Source: Leptonemataceae bacterium
GTDB lineage: Bacteria; Spirochaetota; Leptospiria; Leptospirales; Leptonemataceae
NCBI GenBank assembly: GCA_965227295.1
Contig: OZ245742.1
Coordinates: forward strand, 4,480,001-4,544,000
Length of the DNA: 64,000 nt
Direction of reading: 5' to 3'
In this document: positions 10,959-20,003 of the stretch, piece by piece
How positions within the stretch are numbered: the first letter of the stretch is position 1
Layout of the letters: every line of letters starts with the position of its first letter
The notes under the pieces: generated by a model
What the model saw: only the letters and a program-made list of their open reading frames with translations
Told to the model about the DNA's origin: nothing
Database searches by the model: none
Made by a program: the position numbers and the translations under genes

Positions 10959-11007
10959 GAATACGTCAATCTCGTCGCGGCGTTACAGAACGCAAAAACA
11001 AAACGGC

Positions 11008-11661
11008 TCATAGAACCCGCAGCGCGGCGGCGATCCATTCCGCCGCACCCCAGCCGGTAGTGTCCTGTTTTTCCGCGATCTTCGCAATGGCCTTGCGCGC
11101 CTCGGATTCTTTGTAGCCGAGTTGCAGCAGCGCCTGCACGGCCAGGTCCTGTTGTTCGTCGAGGTCTGACACAACCTGAGCACCGTCCGGAGCTGCCGCC
11201 AGTTGCAGGGCCTTCTCCCATTTTTCGCGCCGCCGGTTGATTTCAAAGATGAGCGTCTCCGCCGTGGTCTTACCGATGCGCGGGATCTTCGAGAGGCCCT
11301 TTGCGTCTTTGCGGGAGCAGAGATCCAGGAGCGCCGCGGGATCCAGGTGGCTGAGGATACTGAGCGCGAGCGCCGTACCCAGGCCCTTGATGTTCTGAAG
11401 CGCGATAAAGAATTCCCGTTCCTGTAAGTCCAGGAAGCCGAACAGGCGCTGGTCGCTCTCGGTGATGTGATGATAGATAAAGAGTTCCGTGCTCGCCCCG
11501 ACCCCGGCGGCCTGCAACCGCGCCTGGACCGAGAGCGGGATCTGCACCTCGTAGATAACGCCGCCGGAACTCGACTTACCGGAGGCACTCCCCGCCCCGG
11601 TATCGAGGTACACCCGGGCGGCGCCGAAGCGTACGATGGTTCCCCGCAGTCCGGCGATCAT
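11008..11661 (-). CDS. ruvA: Holliday junction branch migration protein RuvA
   Basis: MIAGLRG, LFGF..EREFF, HhH motifs KGLG and PRIGKTTAE, C-terminal ALLQLGYKE. Confidence 0.95.
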   Translation of the reverse strand: MIAGLRGTIVRFGAARVYLDTGAGSASGKSSSGGVIYEVQIPLSVQARLQAAGVGASTELFIYHHITESDQRLFGFLDLQEREFFIALQNIKGLGTALALSILSHLDPAALLDLCSRKDAKGLSKIPRIGKTTAETLIFEINRRREKWEKALQLAAAPDGAQVVSDLDEQQDLAVQALLQLGYKESEARKAIAKIAEKQDTTGWGAAEWIAAALRVL

Positions 11662-11665
11662 GCGT

Positions 11666-12178
11666 TCACCGCCCCTGCTTCTTCCCGGCCGCCGCGATCA
11701 GCGCTTCGGAACGGGCCCTGTACACGCCGGCCACGGCCCCGGCCAGGGCGTCCGCCGCATCGTCCGGGCGAATGGGTTCGGAGAATCCCAGCAGCCGTTC
11801 CACCATGCGGGTGATGTCGGCCTTTTTTGCCCGCCCCGATCCGGCGACGACCTGTTTGATGGTCCCGGGTCCGATCTCGAGCAACTGCAGTCCGCTCCGC
11901 CCGACGACGGTCAGCAGCACGCCCTGGGCCTGATACACCCCGGCCGCGGTGGTGGTATTTTTTGAATAAAAGAGCGATTCCATGATCACACAATCCGGGT
12001 TGTGTTCGGCCAGGACGGCCCCGGCCTGATCAAAGAGCGAGACCATACGTTCGCTCATGGGCATGCCGGGTGGCGTTTCGAGCACGCCGTAAGCCACGCC
12101 GCGCAGATCGGAGCCCGCCGATTCCACGACGCCCCATCCGGTACGGCCGTAGCCGGGATCGAAGGCCAGCACACGCAT
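11666..12178 (-). CDS. ruvC: Crossover junction endodeoxyribonuclease RuvC
   Basis: VLAFDPG..GWGVVE, ES.FYSKN, IKQVVAGSGRAKK, DDAADALA. Confidence 0.95.
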   Translation of the reverse strand: MRVLAFDPGYGRTGWGVVESAGSDLRGVAYGVLETPPGMPMSERMVSLFDQAGAVLAEHNPDCVIMESLFYSKNTTTAAGVYQAQGVLLTVVGRSGLQLLEIGPGTIKQVVAGSGRAKKADITRMVERLLGFSEPIRPDDAADALAGAVAGVYRARSEALIAAAGKKQGR

Positions 12179-12285
12179 CACTCAGTGTCCCGCTTCCACC
12201 GGAGCGGTCAACCGGATTATGTCACATTAATCCGGCCGGAGCTTCGCGGCAGCCCCGAATCAGAAGGTAGTATGTCAGGTAATTG

Positions 12286-12417
12286 CTTTCCGGGCGTGCC
12301 CCTCCGCGCTACGCGCTCCGGGTCGGGCTTTCCAGGGCTCCGCTTCGCTGCGGTCCTCCGCGCTACGCACTCCGGACTGGCGCTGCGCGCCACCCTTCCA
12401 ATCCCTCACGCGAAGAC
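12286..12417 (+). ncRNA. Structured intergenic element, Flavo-1 RNA motif-like (copy 1)
   Basis: GGGCGTGCC...GTCGGGCT...CCCTTCCAATCCCTCACGCG with internal GC hairpins; homologous to the inverted copy at 19806-19945. Family assignment from recalled consensus, not a covariance-model search. Confidence 0.55.
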
Positions 12418-12460
12418 TCTCATTCGCAAGCGACCCATCAAACCAGACAACTCTCCCAAA

Positions 12461-12501
12461 CTCTTCCCTCGGAGCCTCGGCGCCTCGGTGTAGATTCTTC
12501 C
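12461..12501 (-). repeat. CCGAG-periodic repeat after yebC stop
   Basis: Minus strand reads GGAAGAATCTACACCGAGGCGCCGAGGCTCCGAGGGAAGAG. Confidence 0.7.
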
Positions 12502-12504
12502 GCT

Positions 12505-13263
12505 TCAGCTATTCAAAGCCGCCATGACATCGTCCGAGAGATCCAGGTTCGTGTACACCGCCTGGACGTCGTCGTGTTCGTCCAGAAGGTCGATCAACTT
12601 CAAGATCTTCTGCGCCTGGTCCGCGTCGTTTACGGGGATCTCCGTACCCTCGATGGGCATAAAACGAATGCCCGATTCGTTCGTGGGAATCTCTTTGTCG
12701 GAGAGAACGTCGGAGACCGTGGAGTAGTCCTCCGGCGCGGTGATGATTTCGAAGGAGTCGCCGTCGTTGCGGATGTCATCCGCGCCGGCCTCCACGGCGA
12801 CCTCCATGAGATCGTCCTCGGACATGGCGTCACCGGGAATCGAAATGTAACCGCTGATGTTGAACAGCCGCGTCACCGCGTTGGGCTCCGCCAGGTTCGC
12901 TTCGTTTTTCTTGATGATGTTTTTGATTTCCGGCGTGGTGCGGTTTTTGTTATCGGTGAGCGCTTCGACGACGATACCGACACCGCCCGGGGCGTAGACC
13001 TCGTACAGGACTTCTTCGAAGGTTTCGCCTTCCAGTTCCCCGGCGCCTTTCTTGACGGCGCGTTCGATGTTGTCTTTCGGCATGTTCGCCGCGCGCGCCT
13101 TCGAGATGGCAATGCGCAGCCGCGAGTTGGAGTTGGGATCGGAACCACCCAGGCGCGCGGAGACCATGAGTTCCTTCGCGAGTTTCGTAAACATGCGCCC
13201 GCGACGCCGGTCCGCGCCCTCTTTGCGATGTTTGATGTTCGCCCACTTCGAATGCCCTGCCAT
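12505..13263 (-). CDS. yebC: YebC/PmpR family protein
   Basis: MAGHSKWANIKHRK, NMPKDNIERA, TDNKNRT, DDVQAVYTN. Confidence 0.97.
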   Translation of the reverse strand: MAGHSKWANIKHRKEGADRRRGRMFTKLAKELMVSARLGGSDPNSNSRLRIAISKARAANMPKDNIERAVKKGAGELEGETFEEVLYEVYAPGGVGIVVEALTDNKNRTTPEIKNIIKKNEANLAEPNAVTRLFNISGYISIPGDAMSEDDLMEVAVEAGADDIRNDGDSFEIITAPEDYSTVSDVLSDKEIPTNESGIRFMPIEGTEIPVNDADQAQKILKLIDLLDEHDDVQAVYTNLDLSDDVMAALNS

Positions 13264-13301
13264 ACGTTCGTCCTTCAGCCTTGCTGCGTTTCTAAATTGC
13301 T

Positions 13302-13937
13302 TCAGCCCTCGTCGTCGACCAGAAGGTCCTCGAGTTCGGCGACATCACCGACGCCGCGCCGCAGGAGGTGCAGCGGTTCCTGGCGACAGTCGATGATCGT
13401 GGAGTACTCTTTCGCGCGAATGCCGCCGTCGACGACGCCCGCGACCTGGTTGCCGTAGAGTTGATCCAGATCCTCCGGGTCCGTAAGGCCGTCGTCATCG
13501 TCTATGGTCAGGCTCGAAGCGATCAGAGGGATGTCAAGCCGTTCCATGAGCGCCCGGTGCAACGGATGATCGACGATGCGCACGCCGACTTCTTTCTTTT
13601 TGCCGACACCGCGCCGATCCACCGTCCGGTTGGATTTAAGAATAAACGTGTACGGCCCGGGCGTGTGGGACTTCATGAATCGAAAGACGGGATTCGGAAT
13701 CTGCTGCGCATACAGGCTGGCCATGGCCACGTCGCGGCACAAAAGCGAGAGCGGGCGGTTTTCCGGGAGCTGTTTCAGCCGGTAGATCTCATTGATCGCC
13801 CGGGGCGCGTCGAGGGTCGCCACAAAGGCATAGACCGTGTCCGTCGGCAGGATATACAGTTTCCCGTTCTGGAGATCGGCGGCGATACGATCGACCTGGC
13901 GCTTCTCGGGGGTCTCGGGATGAACGCGTAGCAGCAT
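13302..13937 (-). CDS. Sua5/YciO/YrdC family protein (YciO-like)
   Basis: LRVHPETP, PTDTVY, PLSLLC, PGPYTFIL, GVRI, STIID. Confidence 0.9.
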   Translation of the reverse strand: MLLRVHPETPEKRQVDRIAADLQNGKLYILPTDTVYAFVATLDAPRAINEIYRLKQLPENRPLSLLCRDVAMASLYAQQIPNPVFRFMKSHTPGPYTFILKSNRTVDRRGVGKKKEVGVRIVDHPLHRALMERLDIPLIASSLTIDDDDGLTDPEDLDQLYGNQVAGVVDGGIRAKEYSTIIDCRQEPLHLLRRGVGDVAELEDLLVDDEG

Positions 13938-13945
13938 GCCGTGGC

Positions 13946-14785
13946 TTACCGTGACAACACCGCTGCGAGGCAAGCGGAAAATGCCGCCTCGATTTCTTCT
14001 ATACTAAAGCGGTTGGGACGATCCGCCTGCGCCCCGTCGTCCGGAGCGCAGAGATCGCGCAACCCGGCACGCAGGCTGTCTTCGACTTCGCTGCGATCGG
14101 CTGCTGCGGAGCGATACGATCGCTCGGGAAGCTCAAACGAGGTGATGCGTGCCGAAATCGCTGCGTCGAGGCGCGCGCGGCAGAGACGCTCGAATGGCGC
14201 GCGGGGTAAGGAGTCCACGGTGCGCACGCCACCGCCGAACTCGCAGAGCCGCTCCAGGAAAGCATAGAACGGCAGATCCGCCATGAGCCGGGCGTAGGCC
14301 TCCGTCATTCCGCCCGGAGCGTCGCCGGGTTCGCCGGCCGATGGGCCGAAGAGTTCCGCAAGCAAGCGCGAGTACGGCGAGCCCTGAAGTTCGTCGCGTT
14401 CTTTGTTCCGGCAGTCGTAGGCCTGGCAAATGGACGTACCGTAAAACGAAAAGTCCTGGGATTTTTCCCGCCCGGTGATCGTCGGATGCACCATGCAGCC
14501 GGTGCGGCGAAAGCCGTTGCCGTCCATTTCGTCATCGAGATATCCGAAGAACGGGCAGACGTAGACTTCCGGATTCGAACGGGGGATCTTACGCTCCAGG
14601 GATTCGCGTTCCGTGCGATACGCAACGTAGCTTTCATTGAGGGAGAAATCCGCGCGCACGCTGCGAAAGGCCCGCTCACGATCCGCGAGCAGTTGGGTGC
14701 GCTCGGCCGGATTCAACTGCAAATTAAAAATACCGCAGCAGGCTCCGCACGAAACCCCGCGACGCTGGCAGGCGGATTCGGTCAC
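13946..14785 (-). CDS. Cysteine-rich hypothetical protein (possible Fe-S or Zn binding; start uncertain)
   Basis: SCGACCGIFN, VCPF, GCMVHP, ICQAYDC. Probable GTG start right after the CHAT gene stop. Confidence 0.7.
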   Translation of the reverse strand: MTESACQRRGVSCGACCGIFNLQLNPAERTQLLADRERAFRSVRADFSLNESYVAYRTERESLERKIPRSNPEVYVCPFFGYLDDEMDGNGFRRTGCMVHPTITGREKSQDFSFYGTSICQAYDCRNKERDELQGSPYSRLLAELFGPSAGEPGDAPGGMTEAYARLMADLPFYAFLERLCEFGGGVRTVDSLPRAPFERLCRARLDAAISARITSFELPERSYRSAAADRSEVEDSLRAGLRDLCAPDDGAQADRPNRFSIEEIEAAFSACLAAVLSR

Positions 14786-14786
14786 G

Positions 14787-16664
14787 TTACGTTGCTGCCG
14801 GTCCTGACGTTGCATTGCGACGACCGGCAAGAGAATCGCGCAGTCGCGGATACAACACGCAGCCGGTCTCGGTCTCGTAGCTCATAAAATCGGTCAGGGG
14901 AATGAGAATGCGGCGCGAGCTGTTGTAAAAACAAACCTCGCCGCGATTCTCTTCCATGAGATTCTTCAGTTCCTCGTCCTCGAACTCCGCCGGCAAAAGA
15001 TGAATGGGGCGCGGGTTCATGCCGTTGAGCATGAGCGCGCCGAAGCCGCGATGTTCGAGGTACAATAACTGGTAGCGACCCAGGGGCGCCAGATCGAACA
15101 ACAGGTTGTCGATGAAGTAATGGTACGTAACGAAGTACGAACCGGCGATGTCCTCGTCCAGTTCCGTGCGATCGTACTCGTCCCGCGCATCCAGGAACTT
15201 TTCGATGGTATCCCGGTGGAGGTACAGGCTCTCCACCATGCGACCCGGCGAGAGTTCCATGTGCAACGAACGCAACCGCGCCGTGGCCTTGTAGACGGCG
15301 TCGACGTACTCCCGGAACTTCAGCGGGATGTCCGGATCCGGGAACTCGGCCTTAATGTTCAAGTAGCGACAGTTACCGAAAATGAGCGCTCCGGTGAGCT
15401 GCATGGTCACTTCGAAAAGACGCCACAGGGCATCCATGCGCAGCGTAATGTCCAGTTCCTCTTTATCGCTGAGGTTCTGTAGCGCCGAGTAGGCCTCGGC
15501 GATGGGCTGCGGATACGACTCCACCACGCTCCGGGCATGCAGCACGTTGCGCGACGCATCGAAGGACCGGCGGTTCCCGGAGCGATAGATGCGCGCCATG
15601 GGATTGCCGTGCAACGCGTAGCGGGCCCAGGTGAGATCGTAGGGTTCGTAGACGCGCCGGGCGTGACGCCGCGCTTCGAACAACGCCTCGCCCACGGAAC
15701 GCTCTTCGAAGATGGTCCGATAAAATTGCAGCGCGAATTCGAACGTGCGCCGGGAGTCGGCAATCTCCCAGTTCGTGCCGAGGTAATTGCAGATGCCCGC
15801 GCGCAAGAACGCGCCGGCGAGATCGTTGAAGACACCGCCGGTGGTCCCGCTGTGTTCGATCTCCTCGTCCAGTTCCGGATCCGTGGCGAAGCTGAGGCAA
15901 CTATTCGCGAAGACCAGGTCCGGCACGACGCCGGCCTTTTCGATTTCCCGGGCGCGCAGGACCTTGCCGTCGGCGAGCAGCCAGCCGCTCTCCTGTTGGT
16001 CGCGGCTGTAGTGCATGTGCCCGGCGTAGTGAATGATGTCGCGATCCTTGATGGCGTTCAGCAGATTGAGCTTCGAGATGCGCCGGCCGGACATGAACTG
16101 CACGTCCAGGCGATCCGGGCTGACCTCGGCCGTCAGCGATTCGAACAGTCCCTCGCCTTCCTGGCGGGCCCACTCCAGGTCCTCGGTGGGATCGGCAATG
16201 ATCAACATGCGCAGTCGATCCCGTTCGGTGCGACTGGTCTCGCGCCAGTAACCGTCAATGTTCTTGCCGAGATAAAAGGCATCCGCGAGGAAGCAGCGGC
16301 CGGTGTGCAGTACTTCCCAGGGGATGTTCCGCAGGCGATGGTCCACATGCAAAAACAGAAAGGCGTTTTGTGCGCTGCGCAACCGATCCTGGATCTGTTC
16401 GGGAAAGAACTGCAAAAAGAAGGTCTCGCCGATGCGCCGCAGTTCCCGGGAAACCTCCACGGCACCGGCCGCATCCCCGCCCTGGCCGGCCTGCATGCTG
16501 TTCGAGATGTGGCTGAGCCGCTCCGTTTCCTGGAGGAATTCGAGGATCAGGTCGTCATCCACGCGCGTCTGGAGATGCGTATCCCGGGAAGGCAGACGCC
16601 CCTGCACGATGTTGAACACGTTCGTCGAGTTCACGCGGTCGATGATGATGCTGAAGAAATCCAT
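14787..16664 (-). CDS. CHAT domain (caspase-like) protein
   Basis: IPWEVLH, MLIIADP, His in IHYAGH, Cys in FANSC, LAGAFLRAG, FYR..SVGEAL..AR, YALHGNP. Confidence 0.9.
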   Translation of the reverse strand: MDFFSIIIDRVNSTNVFNIVQGRLPSRDTHLQTRVDDDLILEFLQETERLSHISNSMQAGQGGDAAGAVEVSRELRRIGETFFLQFFPEQIQDRLRSAQNAFLFLHVDHRLRNIPWEVLHTGRCFLADAFYLGKNIDGYWRETSRTERDRLRMLIIADPTEDLEWARQEGEGLFESLTAEVSPDRLDVQFMSGRRISKLNLLNAIKDRDIIHYAGHMHYSRDQQESGWLLADGKVLRAREIEKAGVVPDLVFANSCLSFATDPELDEEIEHSGTTGGVFNDLAGAFLRAGICNYLGTNWEIADSRRTFEFALQFYRTIFEERSVGEALFEARRHARRVYEPYDLTWARYALHGNPMARIYRSGNRRSFDASRNVLHARSVVESYPQPIAEAYSALQNLSDKEELDITLRMDALWRLFEVTMQLTGALIFGNCRYLNIKAEFPDPDIPLKFREYVDAVYKATARLRSLHMELSPGRMVESLYLHRDTIEKFLDARDEYDRTELDEDIAGSYFVTYHYFIDNLLFDLAPLGRYQLLYLEHRGFGALMLNGMNPRPIHLLPAEFEDEELKNLMEENRGEVCFYNSSRRILIPLTDFMSYETETGCVLYPRLRDSLAGRRNATSGPAAT

Positions 16665-16770
16665 ACGACGGTTCCGGTCTGATTCCCGGAAAATGATTGC
16701 ACGATGACTACCGGCCGGTAGTATTACTGGCCGCTTTTGGCGGTGCACGTCCATCAATTTTCTCAAGTAA

Positions 16771-17049
16771 ATGATGCAGCGCAAATACAGGATCCACGGG
16801 CGAGTACAGGGTGTCGGCTTCCGTCATTTTGTGATGACCCGGGCTCGCTCCCTGCGCCTGCGCGGATTTGTCCGCAATCTGGCCGACGGCAGCGTCGAAT
16901 GTCTGGCCGCCGGAACCACCGAACAACTGAGCGAGCTGGAACGCCATTTGCGCCAGGGCCCGCCGCACAGTCGCGTGGACGGCGTGGATTCCGAAGAAAG
17001 CGCCTGGCCGGAGTCACAGCTCGCCGCCGAATTCGAGGTCGAGCCGTGA
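16771..17049 (+). CDS. acyP: Acylphosphatase
   Basis: GRVQGVGFR, GFVRNLADGSVE, GPPHSRV. Confidence 0.95.
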   Translation: MMQRKYRIHGRVQGVGFRHFVMTRARSLRLRGFVRNLADGSVECLAAGTTEQLSELERHLRQGPPHSRVDGVDSEESAWPESQLAAEFEVEP

Positions 17050-17089
17050 TCGGCGTTCTCCGCGGCTGCCCGGGAGGCGGACGGCAATC

Positions 17090-19702
17090 ATGAGCGCGTC
17101 CCCGCTGACGATCTATCTGGAATTGGGCATCGGCCTGCTTCTGTTGTGGCCGGGTCTGCACTCCTTCTTTACGGAATCTTCAAATCGCATTCGGCGAAAC
17201 TTCCTGCTGGCGACGATTCTTTTGAGCGCCGGCTTTACCGTGGACGCGGCCGGCCGCCTCGTGCTGTATCAGAAGTTCTTTCTCAGCGACCTGCCCTTTC
17301 GCGCCGCCGAGTTGCTCTTCCTGGCAGCCGCGCTGATGCTCGTGTATCTCGGCGGCATCTTTCCACGCCGCTCGGGTCCCTGGGAAAACATCGGGCGCCG
17401 GGCACGTCTGTTCGTACTATTGGTAGTACTGGGATTGCTCGGCTTCGCCCTGGGGGCCCTGGCGCTCCTGGACATTCATTACGTCTACGATCGCATTTAC
17501 GATCCGCTGCCCGGCACGTACTACGGCGCCTACGGTCCGGTGTATTATCTCATACGATTGTACATGCCGCTCTGTCTCGGCCTGGCCGCTTATGAACAAC
17601 GCCGCTTCCTGACCTATCACCGCCGGGACCCGCGGCGCGTCCACGCGCGGTACTTTATTACCGCCCTGGGGGCCCTGGGCTCCGCTTCGCTGCTGTCCAC
17701 GCTGCTTCTGCTGTACGGTTACGAGAACGAATTCATGGCGTTGCAGGCCGGCATGGTCCTCGCGTTCGCCCTCTTTCTGCGAAACATGCTGGAGAACCTG
17801 AGCATCAGCTACCGGGCGAACCTCATTCGCAACGGCGCCCTCTTCACCGTCTATGCACTGTCGCTGTTGCCCCTGCTCTACGTCATCGACGGCTTGCTGG
17901 ACTGGATGGAACCGAACCAGTCCTTCCTCCCGGCCTTCGTCCTCTGCGCGCTGTTCGTCGGTTTCTACGCCGCGGCGCGATTCCTGGGCCCGCGCATCTC
18001 GCGTTTGATCTTTAAGGAGCAGGCGCGCATGGACGAGAGCCTCGCGGACTTCAACAATCGCGTCCTGCACCTGGGAGATTCCGGCGAAAGTGACATTCCG
18101 CGACAGTTAACACAATTCGTGGACGATCTCTACGGACCGCGCCTGTTTGCACTGTACTTCCGCGACATCGAAGACGGCGCGGGCGAAGATGAGGGCATCC
18201 CCGGGGAACGCCTGCCGGAATCCGGCGGAGGCCTGATTCAAAACAAATCCTGCACACGCGCCACGGATCTGCAGTCGATCCCTCCCACCGTTTTTCCGGA
18301 CGAACTCGTGGCCTTTCTCAAACGCCGGCGTCAGGCGGCGACCGCCGTGGCGGACGGCCAGGCGGGTGTGGACACGGACGGCGGCCTGATCGCCGACCTG
18401 CTCGTCCGCGCCGAGACCGAGGGCGATGCGGCTTCCGGCGAGGCCCTGACCGCGCTCGCGGCCCGGGGGGCCGAATTGATCCTGCCCTTCTTCGACGACT
18501 CCCGCTCCGGCCACACCGCGGGACCGGAAGCCATCCTGATTATGGGCATCCTGGCGAACGGGCGTCCCTTAGATTACTCTGATTATCACTTACTGTGGTT
18601 GCTGCGAGCGCCGACGCTCCTCGCCTTGAAGAACCAGGCGCTGCTTCAGGATACCACCCGACTCAAAGAAAAACTCGAAGAAGAGAACCGCCGCATCACC
18701 CGGCGCCTGAACCAGAGCCTGGCGTCCCTGTCCGGGGGCGCCAACGGTCGCGGCGAAAGACCGGAGCCGGCCTTCGTCTTCCAACCGGGCGGCAACCTGG
18801 CACAGATCCTGAGCCAGGCCGAGATGTTCGCCGGCCAGGATTCTCCGGTACTCATCACCGGTGAGACCGGTACGGGCAAAGGCGAAATCGCGCGCATGAT
18901 TCACGGTCTGTCGAAACGCGGCGGACGTTTTGTAACGGTCAACTGCTCGGCCATCCCGGCGGACCTCATTGAAAACGAACTGTTCGGCCACGTGAAGGGG
19001 GCGTACACCGGCGCCGGCGAGGCCCAGGACGGCCTGGTCGCCCGGGCGGCGGACGGCACGCTCTTCCTCGACGAGATCGGCGAGCTGTCGCCGGAGGGCC
19101 AGACGAAACTGCTGCGCCTGGTCCAGGAAGGCGCCTACGAACCCATCGGTTCGAGCGAGACACTTCATTCCACCGCGCGTTTCGTCTTCGCCACGAACCG
19201 CGACCTGGAAGAGGACGTGCAGGCCGGCCGCTTTCGCTCGGATCTGTATTTTCGGATCAGCACGTTCGAACTACGCGTACCGCCGCTCCGGGAACGGCGC
19301 GAGGACATTCCGTTGTTGATCGATCACTTTTTAGGCCTGGCGGCCCGTAACTTTCATCGCGAGCAACTTACCATGACCGACCGGGCGCGGGAGTTGCTCA
19401 CGAAATACGCCTGGCCGGGCAACGTACGGGAACTGGAAAATCTGCTGCTGCGTACGGCGGTGCTGAGCGACCGCAGCGAACTGGACGAGGATCAGTTGCC
19501 GGTCATGTTTCGGGACGAGCTGGATTTTAATCGGAAGAAGCAGCAGCTGGAACGCATGGCCGAAGAGCAGAGCCGCCTGGAGAAGGAGTTATTGATGGAA
19601 GCGTTGCAGAAATCCGGCGGCAATCAACGCGCCGCGGCGAAGATCTTGAATATTTCGAGGGGGTCGTTGCAGTATCGGTTGAAGCAACACGGGTTGAGCT
19701 GA
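17090..19702 (+). CDS. Membrane-anchored sigma-54-dependent transcriptional activator
   Basis: ~8 N-terminal TM segments; AAA+ GETGTGK, GAYTGA, LFLDEIGE, WPGNVREL; Fis-type HTH. Confidence 0.9.
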   Translation: MSASPLTIYLELGIGLLLLWPGLHSFFTESSNRIRRNFLLATILLSAGFTVDAAGRLVLYQKFFLSDLPFRAAELLFLAAALMLVYLGGIFPRRSGPWENIGRRARLFVLLVVLGLLGFALGALALLDIHYVYDRIYDPLPGTYYGAYGPVYYLIRLYMPLCLGLAAYEQRRFLTYHRRDPRRVHARYFITALGALGSASLLSTLLLLYGYENEFMALQAGMVLAFALFLRNMLENLSISYRANLIRNGALFTVYALSLLPLLYVIDGLLDWMEPNQSFLPAFVLCALFVGFYAAARFLGPRISRLIFKEQARMDESLADFNNRVLHLGDSGESDIPRQLTQFVDDLYGPRLFALYFRDIEDGAGEDEGIPGERLPESGGGLIQNKSCTRATDLQSIPPTVFPDELVAFLKRRRQAATAVADGQAGVDTDGGLIADLLVRAETEGDAASGEALTALAARGAELILPFFDDSRSGHTAGPEAILIMGILANGRPLDYSDYHLLWLLRAPTLLALKNQALLQDTTRLKEKLEEENRRITRRLNQSLASLSGGANGRGERPEPAFVFQPGGNLAQILSQAEMFAGQDSPVLITGETGTGKGEIARMIHGLSKRGGRFVTVNCSAIPADLIENELFGHVKGAYTGAGEAQDGLVARAADGTLFLDEIGELSPEGQTKLLRLVQEGAYEPIGSSETLHSTARFVFATNRDLEEDVQAGRFRSDLYFRISTFELRVPPLRERREDIPLLIDHFLGLAARNFHREQLTMTDRARELLTKYAWPGNVRELENLLLRTAVLSDRSELDEDQLPVMFRDELDFNRKKQQLERMAEEQSRLEKELLMEALQKSGGNQRAAAKILNISRGSLQYRLKQHGLS

Positions 19703-19719
19703 AGGAAGAGGATTTTACT

Positions 19720-19756
19720 CCGAGATACCGAGATACCGAGATACCGAGATACCGAG
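19720..19756 (+). repeat. Tandem octamer (CCGAGATA)x4 + CCGAG
   Basis: Directly visible 17 nt after the activator stop codon. Confidence 0.95.
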
Positions 19757-19805
19757 GGAAGAAATGGAGATTGTTCGTAGTGTGAAGTTTACTTGCGAAT
19801 GAACG

Positions 19806-19945
19806 GTCTTCGCGTTAGGGATGCGCAGGGTTGCGCGAGAGCGCAATTCCGGAGCGCGCAGCGCGGAGGAACGAGCGCGAATGCGCGAGCCCGGAGCAGC
19901 CCGACGGACGGCGCCTGGGCCTGGCGCCGTCCGGAACGCCCAAAA
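19806..19945 (-). ncRNA. Structured intergenic element, Flavo-1 RNA motif-like (copy 2)
   Basis: Minus strand GGGCGTTCC...GTCGGGCT...CCCTGCGCATCCCTAACGCGAAGAC; collinear with the 12286-12417 copy. Confidence 0.55.
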
Positions 19946-20003
19946 GGATTAACTTTTATTCACTGCATTTTAGTCTTCTCGGGGCGTCACAGATAAACAA
20001 ACG

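Noticed and set aside
11008..13263. ruvB missing from the yebC-ruvC-ruvA run
   Set aside because: Unlinked ruvB is common; it is probably elsewhere in the genome.
12283..13458. 391-aa plus-strand ORF and many other long antisense ORFs
   Set aside because: Shadow ORFs of real genes in high-GC DNA; this one begins inside the structured repeat.
19720..19756. Possible CRISPR array
   Set aside because: 8-bp units with no spacers; no cas genes in the window.
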